Source: a virus
Lineage: Duplodnaviria > Caudoviricetes
IMG/VR virus record: IMGVR_UViG_3300044837_000080
Span: 1-56,618 of that record
Strand: one strand, 5' to 3'
Length of the DNA: 56,618 bases
The position numbers were made by a program, and so were the translations under genes. Numbering within the stretch: position 1 is the stretch's first letter; every line of letters begins with the position of its first letter. This document shows positions 17,081 through 26,616 of the stretch, piece after piece. Under the pieces are notes generated by a model. The model did not search any database and was not told the DNA's origin. It saw only the letters and a program-made list of their open reading frames with translations.

Positions 17081-17407
17081 GTGAACCGTGATAAGGGGAT
17101 GATTCCCGCTGGAAATTTCGATGATGATCAGGTTGCCAGTGCGTACGCCTACGTGATGTTGATCATGGCTAACCCGAGCCTCGCGGATGAGGCTCCGGCG
17201 CTTCAGGGTGCAAACCTGGTTCCCGCCACGATCCGAGCCCGCGTGTCATTCCAGAACGCGTGCATGCGCTGTGGTGAGGTGTCCCGAGTCGCCTACATCC
17301 TGAAGACCCCGAGCGGTCCCCGGTGGCTGGACCTGTGCGCCATGGATGCCCATTACGTACAGCTAGCCGCAAATACTGATCTATCCATGTGGACTAGGGA
17401 GCACTAA
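17081..17407 (+). CDS. Hypothetical Zn-finger protein
   Basis: CMRCG...RWLDLC. Confidence 0.65.
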   Translation: MNRDKGMIPAGNFDDDQVASAYAYVMLIMANPSLADEAPALQGANLVPATIRARVSFQNACMRCGEVSRVAYILKTPSGPRWLDLCAMDAHYVQLAANTDLSMWTREH

Positions 17408-19414
17408 GTGATACCGCTTACACGTCCCCCGGCGCGTATAGCCGAGCAAGGAACCTTCCCGCTCTCCGGCCTGATCGGGGCTCGGTACACCATCGGACGA
17501 GAGGCTATCCAGGACGCAATCCCGGAATTCATGACGCTATCCGATTACTACGCGGTGGACATCGAAACCGCCGGCACGGACGCACGGAAGAAATACGATG
17601 TCAAGTGCGTCACCTTCAGTACGGATGACTGGACCCTAGTCCTAGATCCGCGTGATCCGGCACAGTTTCAGGTATGCCGACGGATGCTCAATTCCGGCAA
17701 ACAACTGGTATTCCACCGGAGCGTATTCGACTTCCCTATCCTGTTTGCTACCGGGCTAGCAGACATCTCGGCTATCGCGAACATATGGGATACCCTTCTG
17801 TGGGCTCGTCTCGCCACACCGGGGGAGCACGCTAACCGTGGCCTGAAGAATTCCGCTAACGATCATCTAGGGATGGATCTGAAGGATCCCCTTCCAGCCA
17901 TGCTGAAAATGCTCGGGATCACGAAATCAGTCTGGTATGAGACTAAGGACCTGGACACGCCGGCATACCGGATCATGGCGGTATCGGACGCCATCCTTAC
18001 CTCTCGGCTCCGGCCGGTCATCCGTCAAGCGGCGTACCGACAGATCACGGCAAACCACCCTTTCTCGTCCTTCGGGGTCACGGGGGAGGAAGCGTGGCGA
18101 CTCGTGGACAGAGAGCAGATCATTAACCGCGTGACGCTGGAACGTACGTGTAGAGGGTTCCGGGTCTCCCCCGAATTCCTGGACACCTATCAGGCTAAGA
18201 CTCGGGAACCCCAAGCTGAGCGCGTGAGGATCCTTACGGCTGAAGGTATCGAACCCGGTAATGGTAGCTCCCTTATGAAGTGGATGAACGCGCGTGATCT
18301 GATTCCCGTGGACTACCCGCGTACCGCTAAGACGAAACAGCCTTCCTCAGCGGCGAAGCATCTGGCGTTCCTAGACCACGACATAGCGCGCATATTCAGC
18401 ACGCACAAGACTTCAGCGCACGATCTCCGCTACATGGAAACCGCTATCGATTCCATGGATGCGGATGGACGCATCCATCCTGAAGCAAACATCCTGGCAG
18501 CCGCTACCGGCCGGATGTCCTACTCCGGAGACTGGCCTATCCACCAGATCCCCGAGCCGGCTCGGGGGATGTTGCTAGCGGATGAGGGCTCCCGGCTTAC
18601 CTCCATTGACTGGGCACAGATCGAATCCGTGCTCATGATGAACATTGCCGGAGAGATCAGCTCCCCATCCAAGGTCCTTCAGCGCTACGAATCCGGAGAG
18701 GATCTCTTTACCACGATCTCTAGCCAGATAGGGCAGTCACGGAAGCACACTAAGACAATCGTCTACGGATCCCTGTTCGGAGAAGGGAATCTGAAACTGG
18801 CAAATGATCTCGGGTTCATAACCTCGGGTGAGTTGCTCAGTATCCAGACCCTTACCGCTGAAGCCCCCGAGGAATCTCCCCTGAAGTGGGCGGACAGTGC
18901 TGCCGAGCATCTAGGCATTACCGGGTACCAGGAAGCCGTGAATATCAAGACGGCTATCTTTGACCAGATGCCGCGTACGCAAATGCTCATGGACAAGCTA
19001 CGCGGTATCGCCAAGGGACATCGGAAAGTGTTCACGGTCTCCGGTCGGATCCTCCCTATCCCCATGGGGAAATGGCGCGGCGTGTGGGGAGTCCAGACCC
19101 ATAAGGGGATCAATTACTACGTTCAGGGTGGCGCATACGACATCCTAGCCGAATCCGTGATCAAGCTAGTGGAAGCCGGACTCGGGGACGCAATCCAGAT
19201 CCTTATGCACGATGAGATTGTGTGTAGCCGGGAAGCGGCACATGACGTGGAACGGATCATGCAAACCCCTCCCGAGCGGCTCGTCATGCTAGCCAAGCGG
19301 ACTCCAGTCCTCCGTACGGACCGCGCGGACTGTTTCGGAGAGTCCTGGACCATGCCGTGTGAGACATGCGGATCCGAGCCGTTCACGGTCTCCCACCCTG
19401 AGGGGAAGTGCTGA
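17408..19414 (+). CDS. Family A DNA polymerase (3'-5' exonuclease + polymerase)
   Basis: DIET exo motif, TGRMS, DWAQIE (motif A), RKHTKTIVYGSLFG (motif B), HDE (motif C). Confidence 0.93.
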   Translation: MIPLTRPPARIAEQGTFPLSGLIGARYTIGREAIQDAIPEFMTLSDYYAVDIETAGTDARKKYDVKCVTFSTDDWTLVLDPRDPAQFQVCRRMLNSGKQLVFHRSVFDFPILFATGLADISAIANIWDTLLWARLATPGEHANRGLKNSANDHLGMDLKDPLPAMLKMLGITKSVWYETKDLDTPAYRIMAVSDAILTSRLRPVIRQAAYRQITANHPFSSFGVTGEEAWRLVDREQIINRVTLERTCRGFRVSPEFLDTYQAKTREPQAERVRILTAEGIEPGNGSSLMKWMNARDLIPVDYPRTAKTKQPSSAAKHLAFLDHDIARIFSTHKTSAHDLRYMETAIDSMDADGRIHPEANILAAATGRMSYSGDWPIHQIPEPARGMLLADEGSRLTSIDWAQIESVLMMNIAGEISSPSKVLQRYESGEDLFTTISSQIGQSRKHTKTIVYGSLFGEGNLKLANDLGFITSGELLSIQTLTAEAPEESPLKWADSAAEHLGITGYQEAVNIKTAIFDQMPRTQMLMDKLRGIAKGHRKVFTVSGRILPIPMGKWRGVWGVQTHKGINYYVQGGAYDILAESVIKLVEAGLGDAIQILMHDEIVCSREAAHDVERIMQTPPERLVMLAKRTPVLRTDRADCFGESWTMPCETCGSEPFTVSHPEGKC

Positions 19415-19416
19415 GC

Positions 19417-20154
19417 ATGCAATACATGGGCGGAAAAGCCAAGGTAGCTAAAAGACTGGTTACCGCGATACTGAACGATACTCCCGAGCGTGGTGTGTGG
19501 TTTGAGCCGTTCGTAGGTGGTGCGAACGTTACCGAACACGCGGCGCAGCACTTCACACGATCTATCGGTGCGGATGCTCATACAGACCTAATCATGATGT
19601 GGCAAGCCGTCACGGCTGGATTCAGTCCCCCGGAATACGTGTCTAAGGATCTGTATACGCAACTCAGGAATTCCAGCCCGTCTGCGCTACGCGGATTTGC
19701 CGGCTTCGGTGCATCCTTTGGCGGTAAGTGGTTCGGTGGATACTCCGGAGACCACACAGTGAGAGGAAACCCTAAGTACACATCCGGACAGACAACGTAC
19801 CGCGCGGTAATCAGGCAAGGGGAAGTATTCCGAGCACGTAAAACGGAATTCATACAGGCATCCTTCGGACAGATCACACCACCGGCCGGTACGGTTGTCT
19901 ACTGTGATCCCCCGTACGCCGGAACCACTAAATACACAACGGGACAGTTTGATTATGAACTGTTCTACAAAACCCTGGTTAAGTGGTCCGAATCCGGATG
20001 TGTCGTCTACACATCCGAGTATCAGATACCTAACAGTGTAAACGCTCGGGTGATCTGGTCACGTACAAAATCCATGCCGCTTAGTTCTGAAACAAACACG
20101 CGTAGCGTTACCGAGAAACTATTCCGGATTCTTCCGAGTGGAGAGAATGCGTGA
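19417..20154 (+). CDS. Dam-like (D12 class) DNA adenine methyltransferase
   Basis: YMGGK, EPFVGG and DPPY motifs. Confidence 0.92.
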   Translation: MQYMGGKAKVAKRLVTAILNDTPERGVWFEPFVGGANVTEHAAQHFTRSIGADAHTDLIMMWQAVTAGFSPPEYVSKDLYTQLRNSSPSALRGFAGFGASFGGKWFGGYSGDHTVRGNPKYTSGQTTYRAVIRQGEVFRARKTEFIQASFGQITPPAGTVVYCDPPYAGTTKYTTGQFDYELFYKTLVKWSESGCVVYTSEYQIPNSVNARVIWSRTKSMPLSSETNTRSVTEKLFRILPSGENA

Positions 20155-20534
20155 TGGCTAAGCGTCGGATCCTGGTCACATGCCGGCACTGTACTAAGCA
20201 CGCTCCCCACGGTGCCTGCCGGCTCTGTACCCGGTGTTACGGCAAGTGGCTGGACAGTGACCGGTCCCGAGCCGGCGACGGCTCCCCCGTAGTCCCTACT
20301 CCCCTGGATGGCAACCTGAAACGAATCTCGGATGTCAAGCTGGAAAACATGGCAGTCTACTGGGGTCTAACCAGGATCCTTAACGAGGATCCGGAGCGTG
20401 TCCGTATCCGAATCGGTATCAGTGATCGGACTCGGGAACGGTACGAATCAGAACTAAACCGGATAGGATCATCACATCCGGCAATCCCCCGTGCTTGTGA
20501 GTGGCTTCAGGTAGAGGTAAGGGTGGCAGCATGA
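20151..20534 (+). CDS. Zn-finger/HTH-like hypothetical protein
   Basis: CRHC..H...LC..CY; GISDRTRERY. Confidence 0.6.
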   Translation: MMAKRRILVTCRHCTKHAPHGACRLCTRCYGKWLDSDRSRAGDGSPVVPTPLDGNLKRISDVKLENMAVYWGLTRILNEDPERVRIRIGISDRTRERYESELNRIGSSHPAIPRACEWLQVEVRVAA

Positions 20535-22834
20535 TAGGTGAACTGGATTTCTTCGGGGCAATCGTCGGAAGCGTCGCGGATGGGGAAGTTGGATCCAATT
20601 CCCGTATCGCTAAAGCGCTGATCCGTGCGGGGTTCGCTGTGCTCATTATTGAGCCTCTCGGCAAGCAGCCACTCTGTATCCTCACCACAGCGCAGAAAAA
20701 GAGCGCTGACGTAGCGGCACAGGACGCAGCACGGGAAGCCGGGAATCCCTCGTGGGAACGTAAGCGTCACGCGTGTGGGGTCTACCACGCTCTCACGGAT
20801 GAGAAGGATCTCACGCGGAAAGTGGTCAAGGACGCGCTAGCCAATGGCGCTAACCTCGCTGTGGCTCCCGGTAAGGGGAGTCGAGAGATCCTGATCGTGG
20901 ACGTGGACACCGCTGAGGAACGTCGCGCGTTCCTGAAGGACTGGGCAGCCGGGTCACAGACGCTCGTCACCGGAGCCGAGCCGGAGCCGCTCTCCGTACC
21001 CATGACCGTGACCAGTCCAGGCACCATGTCCACGACCGTCAACGGAGAGGAAGTGTGGGCGCATAAGGACGGGGGGCACTATTATTTCGGGCTCCCGGAC
21101 GGGATCACACTCCCGGACCGGACCGGGAAACTCACCTACTGCTCATGCCACGGGTACCGGCAGCCGGCCGGCGGATGCGTGTCCGCATGGGTCGCCTACT
21201 GGGGAAGCGGCTACGTCCTGATTCCCCCGAGCGTCCGCAAGGAAGGCGCCTACCGTCTCACCGGGGAGGCTCAGGACGCGCCACGGTGGCTACTGGAGAG
21301 GCTCTCGGACTACGCGGTCAACGTCGCATCCGGACCGGGCTCGGGGAGCCTGAGCACGTTCACGGATGACCCTATCGACGCGTGGTCATCCGGGATCACT
21401 TGGGAAGAGATCCTTACCGATGACCGCTCGGGACCCATGACCCCGTACGACCATGACTCATGCGGCTGCCCAACCTTCACCCGTGCTAACGGGGCAAGCC
21501 ATGGGAAGTCGGCTACCGGCCATGAGATCGGGTGCTCACAGTACGACACATCACGCGGGCATGGTCCCATCCACATCTGGACCGATGCTATCGGCGCGTC
21601 AACCATGTCAAAGCTGAGTTACGTTGCTCGGTTCTGGTATGAGGACAACATGGGTACCGCTATGCGGGAATTGAATCTGGCAGCCATGCGTGAGGAAACC
21701 GAACTAGATGATTTCGGGGATGTGCCGGAGTCGGTAAAAAAAGGCGTGGCCACTACTGAGGTAGTGGCTTTCACTGACTCTGCTCTGTCCCTGGTAGAGG
21801 ATCCGTTCGCGCCTATTGACTGGTACGTGCTTTCACAGACGGATTTCAGTAATGCGGACATGCTCCCCGGTATGCTTCTGGAACGTGGGCAGCAAATCTC
21901 ACTGGTAGCTGAAGGCAAGGCCGGCAAATCTCTGGTCATGTTTGAGTGGTGTGTGAAGGCGATTAACGGGGATCCCTTCCTGAACGATGCCCAAACCGAG
22001 CCGCTTACCATCCTGTATCTGGATGGGGAGAACAGTCAGAAAGACTTGTGGAGTCGCGCACAGTCTGTAGGGGCAGATGTCCAGATCCTTAACCGGCAAC
22101 TCAAGTACCTGTCTTTCCCACCGTTCAAACCGCTGGATTCCAATGATGGCGCGCTTCAGGTGATGGCGCTGGTAGACAAGTACGATCCGGACGTGGTCAT
22201 TATCGACACCGTATCGCGGTTCATCAAAGGCAAGGAAAACGACTCGGACACATGGCTTGCGCTGTACCGCGTACTCCACAAGAGACTCAAAGCGCGGAAC
22301 ATCGCGGGTATCCGCCTGGACCACTTCGGGATGGACACCGAGCGTGGCGCGCGTGGTAGTTCGGCAAAGTCACAGGACATTGATCATGTGTGGGAGCTGA
22401 TCGTGGGGGAGGAAACCGAGACCCCTGGAACGGACCATGTTCAGCTAGACACCTTCCTCACGCTGAAACGCACCTTCACCCGTACCGGGCTCGGACCGGG
22501 TCTGATCCCGATCAAGCGAACCGGCCGGCAAACCCTGGACCGGCGGTCATGGCTACCCGGCTTCACGTCTCACACAATGGCAGACCCTATGGAATTGCCG
22601 GATCTCGGTAATTCCGCCACAGCGCGTGAACTTCCGGACCCCGTGATCATGGCGGAGATTACCGCTTATCTAAGCACTCTGAATGAGGGTGTTTCTGGCC
22701 GGAGAATTGTGGACCAACTGGAAAAGAACGCGTCCCGAGTACGGCTAGCGATCAAAGAGTTGATCAAGGGTGAGTACATCACGGGGACCCCTCATACCTT
22801 GATCATGAACTACCAACCGGCCATCGAAAACTAG
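20531..22834 (+). CDS. Bifunctional primase-polymerase fused to an AAA (RepA-like) helicase and C-terminal wHTH
   Basis: DVD, GGHYYF and YVLIPPS prim-pol motifs; AEGKAGKS, LDGEN, IIDT, LDH, RGSS. Confidence 0.9.
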   Translation: MIGELDFFGAIVGSVADGEVGSNSRIAKALIRAGFAVLIIEPLGKQPLCILTTAQKKSADVAAQDAAREAGNPSWERKRHACGVYHALTDEKDLTRKVVKDALANGANLAVAPGKGSREILIVDVDTAEERRAFLKDWAAGSQTLVTGAEPEPLSVPMTVTSPGTMSTTVNGEEVWAHKDGGHYYFGLPDGITLPDRTGKLTYCSCHGYRQPAGGCVSAWVAYWGSGYVLIPPSVRKEGAYRLTGEAQDAPRWLLERLSDYAVNVASGPGSGSLSTFTDDPIDAWSSGITWEEILTDDRSGPMTPYDHDSCGCPTFTRANGASHGKSATGHEIGCSQYDTSRGHGPIHIWTDAIGASTMSKLSYVARFWYEDNMGTAMRELNLAAMREETELDDFGDVPESVKKGVATTEVVAFTDSALSLVEDPFAPIDWYVLSQTDFSNADMLPGMLLERGQQISLVAEGKAGKSLVMFEWCVKAINGDPFLNDAQTEPLTILYLDGENSQKDLWSRAQSVGADVQILNRQLKYLSFPPFKPLDSNDGALQVMALVDKYDPDVVIIDTVSRFIKGKENDSDTWLALYRVLHKRLKARNIAGIRLDHFGMDTERGARGSSAKSQDIDHVWELIVGEETETPGTDHVQLDTFLTLKRTFTRTGLGPGLIPIKRTGRQTLDRRSWLPGFTSHTMADPMELPDLGNSATARELPDPVIMAEITAYLSTLNEGVSGRRIVDQLEKNASRVRLAIKELIKGEYITGTPHTLIMNYQPAIEN

Positions 22835-22972
22835 TGCGTCCCATGATCACGGACGCGCGTCCCGGACGCACTCAGGGTGGGTGCGTCCCGGTGCGTCCTA
22901 CCCGAAGGGGACGCACCGAATCGGGACGCACCCCTAACCCCGGTCCGGACGCAAGGTGCGTCCGGGACGCAC
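22834..22972. repeat. GGACGCAC iteron cluster (candidate replication origin)
   Basis: 8 perfect and 2 near-perfect copies in both orientations. Confidence 0.8.
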
Positions 22973-23039
22973 TCGGACCCGGAACCAGAACCAGACCCCT
23001 ACCTGACAACGATCAAGACCCGAGCCCCGAGCGGAGAGT

Positions 23040-23552
23040 GTGAAAGTGAAAGCGTCCTTTGAACACATGGGAACGTTCATCGTTCCAGGTGACCCCGAGC
23101 AGGCCGGCAGTAAAAACGGATTCGCTATTCATAGGGGATCCAAAGCAAAAGGCAATAGGGAATTCACGGGACGCGTCGCTGTGGTGGACACGAACGAAAA
23201 GAACCTGAAGGGATGGCGAGCCGCTGTGGGGGAAGCGGTCCGGCCGGACGGTCGGCCCGTGCTCCCCGAGCCGCTGAGTGGTCCCCTAGCGGTCTGGTTT
23301 CGCTTCTCCATAGTCCGGCCTAGGTCTGTGCCTAAAACTCGCCTGTGGCCGTCTGTGCGGCCGGACACGACCAAGTATGTCCGTGGCACTGAAGACGCTT
23401 GTACGGATCACGGGCTGTGGCGTGACGACGCGCTGATCATCTGGCAGTCGGCGAGTAAGGCGTACGTCGGCTCGCATCATCCGGACGGCACTCCGGCCCT
23501 GGACATTCCCGGATGCCAGATCGACGTGTATCGGCTCAGCTCCGGTAGTTGA
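23040..23552 (+). CDS. rusA: RusA-like Holliday junction resolvase
   Basis: PG.P..AGSK, P..RPD..K..R...D, W.DD motifs. Confidence 0.85.
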   Translation: MKVKASFEHMGTFIVPGDPEQAGSKNGFAIHRGSKAKGNREFTGRVAVVDTNEKNLKGWRAAVGEAVRPDGRPVLPEPLSGPLAVWFRFSIVRPRSVPKTRLWPSVRPDTTKYVRGTEDACTDHGLWRDDALIIWQSASKAYVGSHHPDGTPALDIPGCQIDVYRLSSGS

Positions 23553-23611
23553 CAAATCGTCAACTGCGTACCACAGTGGCTATCAACGGATCCCCAAGGG
23601 AAGGTCAAGAG

Positions 23612-24055
23612 ATGCCCAAATCGGACACGGTGCGCATTACGGACGGAACCCCTCAGGTTTACATCCCCGATCACGGATGGGTCCGGTATCCGATCACGGC
23701 AGAGAAGCTGATCGCACACGCGCTGGAGAACGGATGGGGAACCGATGACGGTATCCCGGTGCGGCGTGCCGGCTCGGGTGACTTTTTCATCCGGGTACTG
23801 GTAGGGCGGGAGCCCGGATTCCTTCCCGGATCCGATCGGGAGACTCATCCAGACGGGGGATGGTGTGAAGGTCACCACTTCCACATCGTGTGGTTTTTCA
23901 ACCCCGAGACACAGCGGTGGATAGCTAGCAACATCTTCCACCGGTCCACGGGTTTCGACGGGTGGCAATCCCCCGAGTACGTGTCAGCGGCTAGTAAGTG
24001 CATAGGTCGTAACCCTGCCAAGATACCTACTCAGTACGCTGAAGCGCGTAACTGA
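23612..24055 (+). CDS. Hypothetical protein
   Basis: AAGG SD; upstream TTGAC-N5-GTCAA palindrome. Confidence 0.65.
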   Translation: MPKSDTVRITDGTPQVYIPDHGWVRYPITAEKLIAHALENGWGTDDGIPVRRAGSGDFFIRVLVGREPGFLPGSDRETHPDGGWCEGHHFHIVWFFNPETQRWIASNIFHRSTGFDGWQSPEYVSAASKCIGRNPAKIPTQYAEARN

Positions 24056-24234
24056 TGAACGCACACGCGCGGTGTGCAAAGCAGATACAGAAGCAGGTAC
24101 AGACTCCACGCCGGCCTAAAGATCCGGATCCCCCAACGAACCCCGTGACCGGTAAACCGATGAAATTCTGATCTCGGATCCCCTACTTTGGTTCACTAGC
24201 CGGGTAGGGGATCCGGTTCCATGAGAGGAAGCCC

Positions 24235-24597
24235 ATGCGTGACATATCCCCGGAACAGTTCATGAGAGCAGTCACGGAGATACCCGAGCAAGCCATGTGT
24301 TATCACGGCTCGGGTACGGAGCTGTGTCCCCCGGACGAGAACCACACCGAGCCGATATTCATGGTTCAGCTCGTGGGACACGTCGTGTTCACGGACGGTC
24401 CGGACGAGCCAGAGAGCCCCGAGCCCGTGAACATCCCGGACGCTCAGGTGATCAACTACCGGGTCATGTTCACGGTGGACCAAATGGCGCAAGTGATAGA
24501 CGACATCACGGAAGCCTACCGGAACTACCTTACGGCAACTAACCCGCTAGCTGTGCTGATGACCGATCTCGGACTGTTCCCCGAGACTGGTAAGTGA
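24235..24597 (+). CDS. Hypothetical acidic protein
   Basis: GAGAGG SD; followed by a hairpin. Confidence 0.65.
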   Translation: MRDISPEQFMRAVTEIPEQAMCYHGSGTELCPPDENHTEPIFMVQLVGHVVFTDGPDEPESPEPVNIPDAQVINYRVMFTVDQMAQVIDDITEAYRNYLTATNPLAVLMTDLGLFPETGK

Positions 24598-24602
24598 CGT
24601 GA

Positions 24603-24644
24603 GAAAGCCGGATGACCTCAGCGTGTCCAGGTCATCCGGCTTTC
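24603..24644. terminator. Hairpin between convergent genes
   Basis: GAAAGCCGGATGACCT...AGGTCATCCGGCTTTC. Confidence 0.75.
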
Positions 24645-24652
24645 GCGTGCGT

Positions 24653-24934
24653 TCATCCGGCAGAGTTAGCGGGTTCAATTTTGACAACGTACGTAGAACC
24701 ATCCTCCCGAGTCCGGATCTCACGGAACGGGAAAACGTGCTCATTCAGGTACCTACCAAAGGATTCCGAACCGCCTTCCAAAGCGCGCATGGCCGGCGTG
24801 GTCTCCAGATCGAAAGCGTCAAGGATCTTGACGAACAGACCGAAAGACGGCTTTCGCTTTCCGTTCCTCAGGTAGGACACGTAGCTAGCCGTCCGGCCTA
24901 TGCGCTCCCCGAAAGCCTGATTAGTCATGTTCAT
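24653..24934 (-). CDS. XRE-family HTH protein, candidate repressor (probably leaderless)
   Basis: TNQAFGERIGRTASYVSYLRNGKRKPS; TTGACG...CATACT promoter just upstream of the ATG. Confidence 0.8.
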   Translation of the reverse strand: MNMTNQAFGERIGRTASYVSYLRNGKRKPSFGLFVKILDAFDLETTPAMRALEGGSESFGRYLNEHVFPFREIRTREDGSTYVVKIEPANSAG

Positions 24935-24984
24935 AAGGCCAGTATGCGCGGTAAGGTGACACCACGTCAACGTAAGGACATAGC

Positions 24985-25296
24985 ATGAGGCACGAACACG
25001 GGCTAGCGTCGGGAACCGTTGACACCCTGGACACCCTCTCGGGGCGAGTAGCCAACCTGACGAACCAGGTAACCCAAGCGGTCACGGTGTCCGTGACCAC
25101 ACTCGGGAGACTCTCCGGAGCCTACATGGACCGACATGTGAGAGCGAAAGCGCTAGATGCCGCTGTGGCTCTCGCTAACGGAGATCGTAAGTACGGCATC
25201 CAGGCATGGTCACTGGATGAGATTCTACGGCAAGCGGCATGGTTCGAAGAGTACATCCATACGGGAAAGGTGTCACAGACCAATGCCAAGATTTAA
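24985..25296 (+). CDS. Hypothetical protein
   Basis: R.KAL..AV...IL..A..FE.YI..G pattern. Confidence 0.65.
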   Translation: MRHEHGLASGTVDTLDTLSGRVANLTNQVTQAVTVSVTTLGRLSGAYMDRHVRAKALDAAVALANGDRKYGIQAWSLDEILRQAAWFEEYIHTGKVSQTNAKI

Positions 25297-25828
25297 GGGT
25301 GAGATCGGTATCGGGGACGTGCTCGTCACACGCGAGGGACCATGGTACGTGTCCCTGGCAATCAGGCTCGGGGCTCGGCTCATGGGTAGGCCGGCCTACT
25401 GCAATCACGCCATCGTGGTACACCACCTGGACCACAACGGGGTCTGGTGGGGGATAGAGGGACGTCCAGGCGGTGTCGGATGGCGTGACCTTACCGAGCC
25501 GCTGAAGTGGGCCATGACCAATGCGAATAACCAGCAACCTAAAACGGAAACTCAGCGGCTCCTTATCGCGACCGCTATGGAATCCATGCTGAATGTTGCC
25601 TATGACTGGGGAGGTATCCTCACGGATGCTCAGCGGGCAGTGCATGGGTTCTGGCAGTCGGCAGATGAGTGGAGCTACGGACAGAAGCCTTCAGCCGTAG
25701 TCTGCAGCTCGCTAGCGGACTGGGCATACGAGCAAGTCAACATGCCGAATCCGGGAGGGCAAGCAAAGACCCGGCTTACCACGCCCGGAGATTGGGATGC
25801 TTTCATGCTATGGGAGGAATGGAAATGA
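25283..25828 (+). CDS. Permuted papain-like NlpC/P60 (YiiX/YebB-like) amidase
   Basis: GDVLV, NHA (His before Cys), YD, VCSSL..WAY and TPGD motifs. Confidence 0.8.
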   Translation: MPRFKGEIGIGDVLVTREGPWYVSLAIRLGARLMGRPAYCNHAIVVHHLDHNGVWWGIEGRPGGVGWRDLTEPLKWAMTNANNQQPKTETQRLLIATAMESMLNVAYDWGGILTDAQRAVHGFWQSADEWSYGQKPSAVVCSSLADWAYEQVNMPNPGGQAKTRLTTPGDWDAFMLWEEWK

Positions 25829-25956
25829 CCCCGGACTCCAAGTGGACCACGCGCATTACCAATGCCACCATGATTGCGATATGCGCGGTCATGTTCTCGT
25901 TGGCTCTCGGGTGCCTGATCGGTGTGTACGCACTAGCACGGGCAGTGTTCGGATGA
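25825..25956 (+). CDS. Small membrane protein
   Basis: Single TM segment; ATGA overlaps. Confidence 0.55.
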   Translation: MTPDSKWTTRITNATMIAICAVMFSLALGCLIGVYALARAVFG

Positions 25957-26438
25957 GGAAGAACCGAGAGAACCACAACCGCGATATCGTCATGTCGAAA
26001 GTTCAGACGGATATCCATGATCTGATCCTGGATTCGGAGATGTCCCTAGCTGAAGCCATCCAGGTACTCAGCACGGTATCCCTAAGCCTCGCATCTCGTA
26101 TGGTGAGAGCGGAGAGGGACATCCGTAAGGCCCTGGACCTCCCCGAGTCGGAACGCGCTGAAGGACTCCGTAAGGCCCTGGACCTCCCCGAGCCGGCTCC
26201 CGAGCCGGATCTGTGGCTAGCCGAAATGGCCCACACAAAGGGTGCTTCAGATACCCAAACGACTAACCGGATCCATATCGTGTCCATAGTCTTTCATGGC
26301 TATACGGATCTGTACGGGGGAGATACGTCTAGTGTGGTGTGCACATGCGGGGACACTCTGGTAAACCAGACTACCCACCTGACTATCTCGGATCTGCAGC
26401 TAGCCGAGATGAAACACCGGAGAGAATCCTGTGACTAA
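25953..26438 (+). CDS. Hypothetical protein
   Basis: Internal RKALDLPE duplication. Confidence 0.6.
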   Translation: MRKNRENHNRDIVMSKVQTDIHDLILDSEMSLAEAIQVLSTVSLSLASRMVRAERDIRKALDLPESERAEGLRKALDLPEPAPEPDLWLAEMAHTKGASDTQTTNRIHIVSIVFHGYTDLYGGDTSSVVCTCGDTLVNQTTHLTISDLQLAEMKHRRESCD

Positions 26439-26616
26439 GATCGGTATCTGGATTCTTAGACGCCTATTCGGCCTACGCTCTCGTACCTTCCATGAGGACA
26501 TCCGGGCTGAAGCGCGACGCATGTCTGCACTCAGTGATGACGAGTGGGCGCGGCACATGGTCGCATATGGGTACCGCGTACGCGGGTCACAGGGGAACCC
26601 AAACCATGACCACTAA
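26431..26616 (+). CDS. Hypothetical protein
   Basis: Coupled ORF. Confidence 0.5.
   Translation: MTKIGIWILRRLFGLRSRTFHEDIRAEARRMSALSDDEWARHMVAYGYRVRGSQGNPNHDH

Noticed and set aside
22834-23062. ORFs over the iteron cluster
   Set aside because: Low-complexity translations of the repeats with no convincing coding signal
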